Part shown: positions 10,986-22,573 of the stretch, one piece after another
Numbering within the stretch: position 1 is the stretch's first letter
How the letters are laid out: every line of letters starts with the position of its first letter
Assembly (NCBI RefSeq): GCF_009914755.1
Contig: NC_060948.1
Direction: 5' to 3' (one strand)
Source of the DNA: the human T2T-CHM13v2.0 reference genome, Homo sapiens
DNA length: 64,000 bases
Made by a program: the position numbers and the translations under genes
The notes under the pieces: model-generated
Told to the model about the DNA's origin: nothing
The model's input: only the letters and a program-made list of their open reading frames with translations
Database searches by the model: none

Positions 10986-11291
10986 TTTTTTTGTTTGTTT
11001 TCCGAGAATGGGTCTTACTCTGTCTTCTAGGTTGGACAGCAGCCCCACGATCTCAGCCCACTGCAGCCCAGGCACCACACACCCATGTGATCCTGTCAAC
11101 TCAGACTCTCACACACCTGGCAGTACAGGTGCATGCCACCCCTCCAAGCTATGTATTAATTAACTAAATACTTACTTTTTGAATGTGGGTCCATGTTGCC
11201 CCAGGCTCATCTGGAACTCCTGAGTGCAGGCAATCCTCCCACCTCAGCTTATCAAAGTGCTGGGATGACAGGTGTGACCCATGGCCCTGCC
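10986..11291 (-). mobile_element. Old diverged Alu (AluJ-like), antisense (copies ~31250-31555 and ~51533-51838)
   Basis: T-rich start, then gtcttactctgtc...ccatgttgccccaggctcatctggaactcctgagtgcaggcaatcctcccacctcagc..caaagtgctgggatgacaggtgtga, which matches the Alu reverse complement. Confidence 0.8.
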
Positions 11292-11434
11292 ATGGCTTTG
11301 TGTTTTTTGCTTTTTTCTTCCTCCTCCTCACGTCTTGTTTTGAAACATGCACTGAAGGTTTCAATTCATGGACTATAGTCTCTGTGCCTGGAATTTCTAT
11401 CTTTCAACTCATCATCAGCATTCATTGGGATTTT

Positions 11435-11570
11435 CATATATATATACACCTATATAAGAATACCTATGTACACACATATATACGTATATACATGTATATA
11501 CGTATATATGCACATTTATATACGTATATACATGTATATACGTATATATATACATGTACACATATGTATT
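11435..11570. repeat. AT-rich simple repeat (TATATACG/TATACATG units)
   Basis: Directly visible and apparently identical in units 1-3. Confidence 0.85.
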
Positions 11571-11689
11571 TATTTCTCAAGTTACGAAACGGCTTGCATT
11601 CTTTCCTGTGTCATGAAAAAGACTTTGCTAGAAAAGAAAAGCACTGCTTTATAATAAAATATTTTATTTGCATTTATTTTGTTAAGGCA

Positions 11690-13460
11690 TTTTAAAAATT
11701 GTATGTTTGTTTAAAAAATGTCATATGAAATGATACATATTTACAACTTAAGGCGTGATGTTCAACAGGTCATATACATTATGCATTGGATACATCCAGC
11801 CAATCAACATATGTGTGACCTCACATAGTTGTCATTTTTGTTGTGAAAAAACTTGACCTGCACTGTATTCGAATATTTTTAGAGAAAGAATATGTTACCA
11901 CTAGTTATAGTGAGCATGCTGAAGAAAATATTTTTAACCTATTCCTCCTTTATAACTAGAAGTATGAGTTCTTCATCCAGCATCTCGTCAGTGCACCCTC
12001 TTCACCGCAGTCATTGGAGTCACTACTTCTGTGAAGTCCGCTTTTTTGATTTCATATAAGAATGAGATCATGTGCTATTTTCCTTTCTGATACCTGGCTT
12101 ATGTCACTTAACAGAATGGCATGCACACATTCAGCAGATTCCCACACATTCTCACAACTGGCAGGATTTCCTGATTTCTTATTGCAGCGCATATTTCCGT
12201 TGCGCATATGCGTTTTTGCCCCATTTTTTAATCCACTTATCAATGGAGGGACACTCAGGTTGCTTCCGCATTTTGGCTACAGCAAAAATGTAATGAGTGC
12301 AGCAATAATTGCATGGGTGCGCGCACCGCTTCAACATACTGATCTGTGTACTGGCGGGCGTGCCCGGGTATTCTGATTTGCTGGATCATATAGTGGGTGG
12401 TTCTACTTGTAGATTTCTGAAGGCTGTTTATACTTAAATAAGAGCCATAAAGCTTCTTTAATGCCAGCACTAATTTACATTCTCCCCAAAAGTGAGCAGG
12501 GAATTCGTTTTCTCTGCCTCCTCACCAGAGATTAGGGTTTTCTTTTCTTTCTTTTTTTTTTTTTGTTTGTTTGTCTTTCGGATAATATGCATTCTGACTG
12601 AAGTGAGAAGAAATCTCATTGTGTTTTTGATTTGCATTTTCGTGATGGATTGGGGATAATGAGGAATTTTTAGTGTGTCTTCTGGGCAACTGTATGTCTC
12701 AGTTTCACAAATGAGTCTTCGCAGCCTTCGCCCATTTGTTTTCATGCTATTGAGTTGTTGGGAGTTCCTTATGTACTGTGACTATTCCCCCATGAACAGA
12801 TGTATGGTGATCCAATCATTGCTCCCATCCTGTAGGATGCCCCTTCTGTATGTTGAGTTTTCTATGGTGTGGTGAAGCACTTTAGTTTGATATGATTCCA
12901 TTCTCTATTTTTGATGGTGTTTACTGTGTTCTTGCAGTCACTTTGAGACCATCATTGCACACACGGACGCCATGGAGCTTCTTCCTTGTGATCTCTTCTG
13001 CTATTTTTATCGTTTCACATCTGACACTGGAGTTTGGTGATAAATAATCCACTTGTAAAATCCTTTGTGTGGCTATTCAGATTTCCCCAACCTAGTTTAT
13101 AGAAGATACTTGATTTTGCATTGGGCGTTCTTGCTTCTTTGGGAAAAGGCTGTGAGCTGCAAATGCAGTGACTTAGTTCTGGGCTCCTGTTGTTTTTCCT
13201 AAGCTCTAGTCTCTGCTTTTCTGCCAGTGCTATTGTATTTTGGTACAAAAAGTTTTGTAGTAGTATATCATGAAGTTAGGTAGTGGGGTGGCTCCAGCTT
13301 TGTGCTTTTTACTGGATTGCTCTGGGTTTTCAGGATCTTCTGCCATTTCATAGCAAATTTGGGATTCCCAGATTGTTTTTCTAAGAAGAATGTGTCATTG
13401 ATATTTTTACAGGGGTTGTATAGAATCTGAGGATGACTCAGGTAGTAGTGATGTCAATGC
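11690..13460 (-). mobile_element. 5'-truncated old LINE-1 (ORF2 3' end plus 3' UTR), antisense, unit 1
   Basis: The minus-strand peptide ITKMQIKNTMRFLLTSVRMHIIRK matches L1 ORF2p IREMQIKTTMRYHLTPVRMAIIKK. SSIFYKLGWGN resembles DSLFNKWCWEN. The + strand has typical T-rich antisense L1 sequence. Confidence 0.85.
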
Positions 13461-13506
13461 CGTTTAGACAATGTGCGTGTTTGTGTGCACAAGCTCAGGG
13501 CCAAGA

Positions 13507-14910
13507 GACACTGGGTGTCCTCACCAATACTGAGGTGGGCCTTAATATCCAGCCAGATTGCCTTCTGGAAACACACGGAATGTCCTGTTCTGTTTTGCCA
13601 TCTCTTCACATTTCCTCCCCTGTGAGCCCTGTGTGGTCCTCCAGATTCCCTGTGCGGTGGCCTGCCTTTTTTGGGGTGGGGAGTTGCTGGGTGAATGAGG
13701 ATGGCGGAGGGAACCAAGCATGTCAGTGGAGCGTGGTGTCATCCAAACGGTACTTAGCAGGCCTGGGAGAGTCATTCTGGGAGGACGCAGACCTAGAGAG
13801 GCCTCAGGTGGGCATCTGTGTGGAGGGTGAGAGATCCCTGGTTGAGCCCAAACTGAACCCCAGGTAGAAGCAAGCCTCAGGACAGGGAAGTAGCTAGCAA
13901 GGGATGATGAGGCAGCTATCTCTTGACCCTGGCTTCCCACCCATTGACCTTAGCTACTTATGCCTATTAAGCAGATTACGGTTCCCCCATCGTGAAATGT
14001 GGGTACCACAGTTCCCTGATGGGCATTTCTCCACCAGCCCATGATGGCCTGAGTTTCCTTACTGCAGTCTCCTCCCTGAGCCTTGGCTTCTCTATGTGTG
14101 TCCTAACTCCAGGACCCACAGGCCTGTCAACCCCCAGCCCTGGGCTGCTTCCCTGGCCTCTTCTCTGTTCCCTCTCTGAGGGCCTAACTCCCTTGGGTAG
14201 TGCTGCAGAATATAGAGCCACAGGCCCTGGCTGATGATCTGGTGGACTGGGCAAATTGGTCGTGACAGGTCAGGTTCTGGTTCAAAGCCAATTCCTCCGA
14301 TGCCAAGGAATGTCGAAGAAGGTCCTTTGCCATGATGCCCCATAGCTGCCCCACCTCAGCAATCGTGCCGTAACCTGGGCCCTCACAGTCAGACAACCAG
14401 CTGAAGAAGCTCAGGCAGTGACCTGCGGGAAACTCGGGCTTTCACCTGCATGACCCTAGAACCACTGGACTGCAGTGGAGCCAGTCGCCCTGTATCCTGG
14501 AGGGAGACGAGTCAGGAAGGCGCACGCCAGGCCCAGCTCCCGAGGTACTACCCCCTCTACTCCTCAGGGAGGATGCCAACGCAATACTCCTTAGTCATCA
14601 CTTTGTTTCCGAAGTAAATGTTGTGATGAAAGGCAAACTTCTTCCTACCCCTTGTATTCAGGGTGGCCGAGTTCCTCCACCTGCCTGTCCAAGAAGGAGA
14701 AACAGGGCTGTGAAGGGGCAATTTCATCTAGGTGGGCTGAGGTGGCATTCTAGCCGGGGTGAAGCATGCGTTTCCCCTTCCCAGCTTTCCCACTGAGACA
14801 CACCTGAGCCCCAGAAGGACCTCAACCTGACCAGGACCTTAGCACCCTCCCCCAGACCCAGGCTTTCCATCCTGACCTGCAAATCCAACATGCAGCTTTG
14901 AAGGACTTTC
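13507..14910 (-). pseudogene. Second, 5'-truncated TSPY-family relic (partial exon 2, exons 3-5 and 3' flank), unit 1
   Basis: Colinear diverged copy of ~1585-3070. Exon-3 homologue from 14680 (VEELGHPEYKG* then, in another frame, FAFHHNIYFGNKVMTKEYCVGIL). Exon-4 homologue 14496-14355 (YRATGSTAVQWF*). Exon-5 homologue from 14238 (IISQGLWLYILQHY). Confidence 0.8.
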
Positions 14911-16971
14911 TCATGGTTTCTGAGCTCCTTGCTCTCACCAGAAAGAATCAGAACTTTTAAAGTGTTCTTTATGCCAACTTAAATTTTTCATTTTTACTAC
15001 CTCATGTTTTGGATGAGGCATGTATTTTTAAATTTATTTTCACCCTTATTGTACCTCTATGATAAACTGCTTGCTTACATTCATACCGTAATTATCTCTC
15101 AGGTTACTTGTCTGTTCCTAAAGATTCACTGAAACGAAGAATTCTATATATGCTTGTATCTTTCAGCAACCGTATGTCAGATAGCACTGCACATTACTGC
15201 AGACATCGCATATACAGGTCCAAAGGTAGAGGAAGAAGAAGAAAGCAAGCGTTAAACTCTATTCATTCCTAAAAGCATATCAGAAACTCACAAATAACAG
15301 TGAAATCAAAGAATGATCACAGCCAATTCCATTACATACCTAGACTGAAATACGAAACTTCAAAGAAAAGAAACATTAGAACTTTGGGTTTGTAAAAATT
15401 TTCCTATATAGATAAAATTATTGGTAACTGTGTCTCACTAGAAAACGTAAACAAAAATCCATGTTTTTCATATTTGTAAATATACATAGTTTTATTTCCA
15501 TCAGTTATGACATGCAAGCAAGTAATAAAGTGAAAGTACAATCAAATGATATATGGAACTTCCTCAGTCTTAAAATATTCCATGGAGACTATCAATTTTA
15601 TGAAAACTATAAAGAATGCTTCATGAAACTACATTGTACAGTGCCATTTACTATTTTACTGACATTTTAAATAATCAACAATTAAAGGGAATACGTCAAC
15701 ATTATTTAATACCAATAACGTTATTTTTCTTGAGTAATCCTGTTGAAATTAAGGATTTTAAATAAAACATTAAAAACAAATTATATTGACTGATTTCAGC
15801 TTTGGATGAAATCATACTTGTGTATTTGTAGTAATGCGAAGCATAACTTTCTCCTCACAATTAATCTTTTATAACATCGGTGTTATAGTTTTCTCTGACA
15901 CCAACATTGTGATATCGCACAGGTTTACTGCATGCATGCATTACATGCCTCCAGAGAGTAGGCTTCAAATATATGGAAAAATTATATTTATGAAAAAATT
16001 CTAGGAAAGGGAATGGTGAAATGGAAGAGAATTTCTCACTTGCTAACTGTTGGACATGGATTTGTATATATTTGGATATAGACACATACTGGCACACTGT
16101 GAGTTTGCCCATGTATATATACACTTATATGAGAAACCCATAATATATGGGTTGTGTAATCTTTTAATTAATCCATAATTGTATGTGTGTGAAATTAGAT
16201 AAGCGGTTACCTTTTCTTTACTCAATTTGATGGAAAGCCAAAAAACTCTGTCCACCTTCATTTCAATTAATCCAATACTGTTAACTGCTGGTAGCTTCAT
16301 TCTCCTTGTTCTCTTACGGCAACCGGAAAGTTAATTCTCGCTCTAATTTGGCTTTCAAGGTGCGATCAACAAGAGTGTCACCTTGCTGTGGATTGTGACC
16401 TCTGACTCCACCTCTGTCTTCCTTTTGCAGTCCTACCTTTGCATAGGTAACAAACTTTGTACATGGTTAAAAGGATAAAAGTTCAGTGAAATGTCAAGCC
16501 ATGCTGTGAAATGTTCCATAGTTTCTATATCTCTAATTGTCCTTTGATGTTATAGAGGCAAGAAAAATAATTCAATGTTTTTCTTAGTATCTAGTCCAAT
16601 GCACGCTTTCTTCATAATACTGCAAACAAGGCACTGACATGGAAACGTGGCTGGACGTCTCAAAATCTCTTCTCATTAATTACCATTATGTTAATCACTG
16701 TTGCCCACAACTGGAATTGGACTTTGAAATCCCCTGGTGGAAATTGCTATAATGGCTCAAACTACTGGAAAGACTATCTTTTTTTTACCTGAAAATATCT
16801 GATGAGCATAGACGTATGCTATATACAGGAACATATTGTACATTAACAACATACCATCACTGCCACTCAATAATAGGTATCCCAAACCTTTGAGCCAAAC
16901 TGAGCTCGGGTGCTCCCACAAACCAAGCTTTTCCCTCCACAGATTTCTTATGTCAAAAAGCCACAACTCCA

Positions 16972-17264
16972 GGCCAGGCTTCGTGGCTCTTGTTGTAATT
17001 TCTACATTTTGGGAGGCCGAGGTTGGTGGGTCACTTGAGGTCAGGAGTTGGAGACCAGCATGGGCAACATGGCAAAAAGCTGTCTCTACCAAAAATACAA
17101 AAATTAGCCAGACCTAGTGGCACTTTCCTGTGGTCCCAGCTACTTGGGAGGCTGAGGTAGGAGAACCACCTGAACATGGGTGGCAGAGATTGTATAGTAA
17201 GCCAAGATCAGACTACTGCACTCCAGCCTGGATGACACAGCGAGACCATGAAAAAAAAAATAAA
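16972..17264 (+). mobile_element. Full-length Alu (copies 37234-37526 and 57518-57822)
   Basis: ggccaggc..gtggctc...tttgggaggccgagg...aaaaatacaaaaattagcc...ctgcactccagcctgg...A tail. The sequence caactcca on both flanks is a likely target-site duplication. Confidence 0.9.
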
Positions 17265-17309
17265 GGCAACTCCACTCGTCCACTGGCTTAGGTAAAAAAT
17301 ACTGGAGTT

Positions 17310-17614
17310 GGCTGGGCTCGGTGGCTCACACCTGTATTCCCAGCACTTTGGATTTTGGGAAGCTGAGTCGGGCGGGTCACCTGAGATCTGTAGTAGGAGA
17401 GCAGCCTGGCCAACATGGTGAAGCCTGGCTTCTACTAAAAATACAAAACATTAGCTGAGCGTGGTGATGCATGCTTGTAATCCCAGCTACTGCAGAGGCT
17501 GAACCTGGGAGGCGGAGGATGTGTTGAGCTGAGATCCTGCCACTGCGCTCCAGCCTGGTCTACAGAGCGAGAGTACCCTGTGAGAAACAAAGGTGAAGAG
17601 AACAAGAAAAAAAA
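17310..17614 (+). mobile_element. Second Alu in tandem (copies 37572-37876 and 57868-58173)
   Basis: ggctgggctcggtggctcacacctgtattcccagcactttgg...ctactaaaaatacaaaacattagctg...ccactgcgctccagcctgg. Confidence 0.9.
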
Positions 17615-17721
17615 ATGAGAAAAATAAGACCCACTGCAAAAGGTTGCCACAGAAAAGATTAAACATTTCAGCAACTTCTATCTTCTATCATGGAAGCCAA
17701 GGTTATTTGGACCAAACCTCC

Positions 17722-18074
17722 TGTCTTAGTTCATTTTCACGCTGCTGAAGAAGAGATACCTGAAACTGGGAATAAAAGGAGGTTTAATTGGACTGACAGT
17801 TCCACATGGCTGTGGAGGCCTCAGAATCATGGTATACGAATAAAGGCACTTCTTACATGGCAATGCCAAGAGAGAATGAGGAAGAACCTGAGGCAGAAAC
17901 CCCTGAAAAACCCATCAGATCCCGTGAGACTTCTTCACTGTCACAAGAATAGCATGAGAAAGACCGACCCCCATGATTCAATTACCTCCCCCTGGGTCCC
18001 ACCCGCAACACGAGGGAATTCTGGGAGATACAATTGAAGCTGAGATTTGAATGGAGACACACCAAACCATGTCA
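17722..18074 (-). mobile_element. Solo MaLR LTR, THE1 family (THE1C-like) (copies 37984-38336 and 58281-58633)
   Basis: TG...CA-bounded ~350 bp element, tgtcttagttcattttcacgctgctga...gaggtttaattggactgacagttccacatggct...gagattt...ccaaaccatgtca, which is the reverse complement of a THE1 LTR. Flanks cctcc/cttcc resemble a 5-bp target-site duplication. Confidence 0.85.
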
Positions 18075-18589
18075 CTTCCCAAACAATTAAAAATTCCCAA
18101 TAGAAGAAGCATTAATTATATCAAAAAGTGGTGGACCAAGAAGGAACTATTAGCCTCATATCTCAAGAAAGACTCCAGTCAAGGCCTAGGGACTACTCAT
18201 GAAAAGAGTTTAATAGCCGACTCTCTCCCAGTGGATCTGGATTCCACCGGACTGTATCTTCACAGTAAGGGTGAAACAGAAGCAAAACCATTCCTATTTC
18301 CAAGCTCAAGGAACTTTGGTCAAAGTTCTCTTGGAGCTGAGCAGAACAAGGAGGCAAACAGAAAAGATTTGTGTCCCTGAGAAGTCATGGCCACAGGCTG
18401 GCTATCACACAGATTGTCAAGCCAGTTCCATATTGCATGGGTATTACAGAAAATCTCAAAACATAAATTTGTGTGTGGGTTGTCCCAGAGTAGCAGGATC
18501 TGGCAGAAGGAAATTTCCTTCTAACCCTCAAAGAATCCACATAAATCTTGTTACATTTGGGATTTTACGATTTGCTTCAGGAATGAGAA

Positions 18590-19520
18590 TGGCCTTAATT
18601 TTCATATCTTTTTCTACACTCAGTTTATGGCTTGTTGGCGTCAAAGTTCTGCTTGCTTCACACAATGAGTTTAGGATTTTCCCTTTTTTATTCTATAGAA
18701 TTCTTCATATATATTGAAATGCTCTGCCTGGGGAAAAAAATCTGAGCCTAGCGTTTTATCTCTAGGAAGAATCCTTTATTTCCTTGAACATTTATGAGAC
18801 TATACAGATTATATATGTCTTCTTGTATCAATTTTACTAAGCTATATACATAGCTTATGTTTATATATTATATATATAAATGTAAGATACAAATATAAAA
18901 ATTATGTATAAATATGAAAATATATATAGAAAGCGATATATATGTCTATATATATAGACAGATTATAAATATCTGTCTATTTGATCTAAGTTTTCAAATT
19001 TGTAGGTTAAGGTGTTAATGATATTTCCTTATTAGCTTCTTAATCTATGCTGTATCTATGGTTGTGTACCTTTTAAATTCTTAGTTTTATCTATGTTTTC
19101 TCCCTTTTTTTCTAAACTTGACTGACGGTTGCATCATTTATTATATTTCTCCAACAAGCAAAGGTTAGCTTTGTATGTTTTACTAATTTTGTCTACATCA
19201 TTATTCCCACACTTTAGTTTTTCAGAATTGATTCTGTTGTTTCTTTTCTAATTCTTTATTGAAATATCTAGTACATTAATTTTCAAGTTATTAGAGAAAT
19301 ATTTGTCTGTAAACTCCTATTGTAATATCACTTTTCTTGCTACTCACAGATTTAATCTTTAATATTGGCGGTATCATTGAGTTCTAAGTACATTTCAATT
19401 CCTAGTATGATAATCTATGAATTGCTGAGAAATAGTGTTTACAATTTTGTTGTTCTATTTCCACTTAAGTTTATTTTTACTTCTGCTAACTCAATTGAAA
19501 ATTCTTTACTAATTTTTAAA
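18590..19520 (-). mobile_element. Probable very old LINE-1 fragment, antisense, interrupted by an AT-rich simple repeat (~18840-18975)
   Basis: T-rich sequence with L1M-like antisense phrases such as gtcaaagttctgcttgcttcacacaatgagtttagg and tcatttattatatttctccaacaagcaaagg. Recognised by eye only. Confidence 0.5.
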
Positions 19521-19522
19521 AT

Positions 19523-19637
19523 CCTTGAACCCAAGAGATGGAGGTTGCAGTGAGCTGAGATCAGGCCACTGCATTCCAGACTGAGTGACAGAGTGGAACG
19601 AGATTTCAAAACAAAACAAAACAAAACAAAACAAAAC
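19523..19637 (+). mobile_element. Alu 3' fragment with an (AAAAC)n tail (copies ~39785-39904, one repeat longer, and ~60082-60196)
   Basis: cttgaacccaagagatggaggttgcagtgagctgagatcaggccactgcattccagactgagtgacagagt followed by (AAAAC)n. Confidence 0.85.
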
Positions 19638-21296
19638 AGTCACTGGAAAGATAATAAAATACATAAATGTGGGATGTAATATGTAATCGTGATAAAATAA
19701 ACTGGATTTTTTGTATAAGTTATACATATAAATGTAATGCCAAGACACTGATAAGACAACTCATGGTCTTATCTCAATACTTAGTGTCTTCATGTAACAT
19801 ATGTCCTTTAGGATAGTTATAGTCCGTTTTCTTTCCAGGAGAGACAGATGAGAATGCAGAAATGTTAAAGTGCAAGGGACGGAAGCTTCCAGCTGTGCCC
19901 ACCTGTAACCTGACGTAGACAGTTCCACCGTTTGCTTCATTAATCATGCCAAAGGCTCTAATGCAAATGTGGTACAGAGTCACATGTTTTTGTATCTACA
20001 TGATAGAAACTATAACTTCATCCCTATATAGAAGGGTATATAGCATATGCCTCAGTGATAAATATAAGTGAATCATTGATCAGTAGGAAACCATTTTAAA
20101 AGTCTTTCATAACAGAACAAAATCCCTGAAAACATTTTCTTCTCAATCTCTGAGTTTTCTTACACGGCTTATGAATCTCTAGCCATACTAAAGAGATAGT
20201 ATGCTGCTCTTCCCACAAATTATTCATTGTATATAATTCCTGTAATCTAATAACAGTACCTTTACACCTCAGGGTTTAAAATGACTCCAACCTTTTTCTG
20301 TTTCTCCAATTAAAATAACTTTTTTAAGGTTTAATCTTCAGTAATTTTTTGTAGTAATATTTTTGAAGGTATTTGACCAGGATGATTTGCTTATATACCT
20401 ACCTGACGTCTCCCTTTCTTCTGAATACATATTTTATTACCCACCTATTAGATCTAAGTTTAAGAAGTTGGAATAGGGATTTAAATCTAAATTCTACATT
20501 TGAATTTACAGGAGTCAGCGAGTCCGGGAAGTGCCTTTATGCACAGACCAATATCTGGCAATGGCACTAGGAGACAAATAAGCTTTACCAGTCTCAAAGC
20601 CCTGGCTACTACAGTGAATCCACCCTTCTCCTGGATCTTATCTACTTCAGCAAAAGAAGGCCACCCACTAAACCAGGCCCTTGTACTTTGGGTGGAAACT
20701 CCTAAGTCCTCTAGTCTCCTCAAACAGACAGCCAGGCTGCCAATTTCCACAATAATAATTTCTATAGCACTGAGTCTTTGGTAGCCTTGTAACTATAGCT
20801 ACTGATGCTACAGTCTGGTCCCTGTATGATAAAACACCAGAGCAACAGAAACAAAAATATTGACTGAAGCCTTCTAAAATCTCTCTAAATATACCTTCAA
20901 TAAATATGGGTTTTTTTACAGAACGACTGCTTTCAGCTTCCTGAACTAACGCTTGGCCTTCGCTAGCTGTCACTGTTGAAATTGATTCAAAAGTGTACAT
21001 TTAACATGAAAGTCAACACAGAATTTCATGTGTCAGCAACTAAAATTTTCAAAATGTTGCAAAATACAAATGTGAAACTGTATTTGTGAAATTTACCATT
21101 CATTGAAATTATATTTTCATACCTACCCAGGCACAGAATTTTTTATAACTGTCTGCATGTTCTCCTCATGTGGGGGAAAAGCAGCATCAGCAGGCAGAGG
21201 AATCCTTTGAAGCTGGAGGGAGAGGTTGCAGTGATCTGAGAGTTTGCCACTTGACTGCAGCCTGGATGACACAGTGAGACTCCAACTGAAAAGAAA

Positions 21297-21335
<39 letters not shown>

Positions 21336-21400
21336 CCAAAATTGATAAGTAAAAAAAAAATCCATATTCGAAAACATGCTCACAGGCTAACTCCCATATC

Positions 21401-21443
<43 letters not shown>

Positions 21444-22573
21444 TCCTTGAAAACGAAAGTTCCACAAGGGCAAAACAAGAAAACAAATTTAACACCCCCC
21501 AAAGAAAGTACAAAGAGTAACCTCAAAAGAACCGCAGGGGAAAACAATTCAAAATTTACAAGTATCTACCCTAAAAGAAGCTGAAAGTCCCTCAAAAACT
21601 TTCCAGAGGCCATGTCCTTGTATTACAAAAATGATCATAAAAACTGGCAGGAGTAGACGAATAGAAATGCATCTTAAAACTTGCTAAACCCTTCAAGTCT
21701 CCCATAAGAATTGTAATGGAAAATGGATCGGTCGGCAGCTTTTTCCATACAATTATGAACAAATTATATTTCTTCATACATAGATTTGTTTTTTCAATAT
21801 TCTAAGGAATTAACTTTTATATTAATAGTAGGTGATGTAAGAAAGCAGGCCTTTATCAAGATAACTGACACTGGATGTCCATACCATTACTCAGGTGGGC
21901 CTTAATTCCCAGCCGGGTTCCCTCCCTGGACACACACTGAAGGTCCCCAGCCATTTGGCAATCTCTTCACATTCCCAGCCCTGGAGGTAGCCCTAAAATA
22001 CATGTACCTGAAGAAAATAAAACATTGCCTCACACTGGAGCCCAGTGTGGTCCTCCAGATTCCGTGTGAGGTGGACTAACTTATATGGGAAGGCAGGGCA
22101 GCGGGAGTGAGGATGGCAGAGAGGATTACACATGTCAAGGCAGCCGGGGTCATGGAAACAAAACATGACTGGCCTGGGAGAAACACTGTGAAAGGACACA
22201 GACCTAGGTGGGCCTCAGGTGGACATCCTCATGGAGAAAAAGGGGGCCCTGGTTGATCTCAAAATGAGCCCCAGGTGGTAGCAGGTCTTACCGCAGGGCA
22301 GGGAGCTGGCGAGTAATGATGAGACAGCTATCCCTTAAGCCCTGCTTGTCACCCACTGACTTTAGCCACATATGCATCATAGTGGCTTAAGGTGCCCCGA
22401 TCCTGAAATGTGGGTGTTACATGTCCCTGATGGGCCTCTCTCCCCCAACCCACGGATTGCCTGGGATTGCTCACTGCAGTCTCCTCCCGGATCCTTGGGT
22501 TCTCCATGTGGGGCCCAGATCCAGGTCAAAAGGCCTCTCAGTTCCCAGCCCTTCCCAGCCCTAGGCTGCTCGC

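Larger units (their letters stand above)
1..20284 (+). repeat. TSPY array (DYZ5-type) ~20.3 kb tandem unit 1, 20284 bp; phase arbitrary, set by the window start
   Basis: The opening sequence ctccaacctttttctgtttctcc recurs at 20285, 40552 and 60844, and the whole ORF track repeats with this period. Confidence 0.97.

Noticed and set aside
11183-11695. 170-aa ORF with YIYM-type repeats
   Set aside because: It is composed of antisense Alu sequence plus an AT-rich simple repeat.
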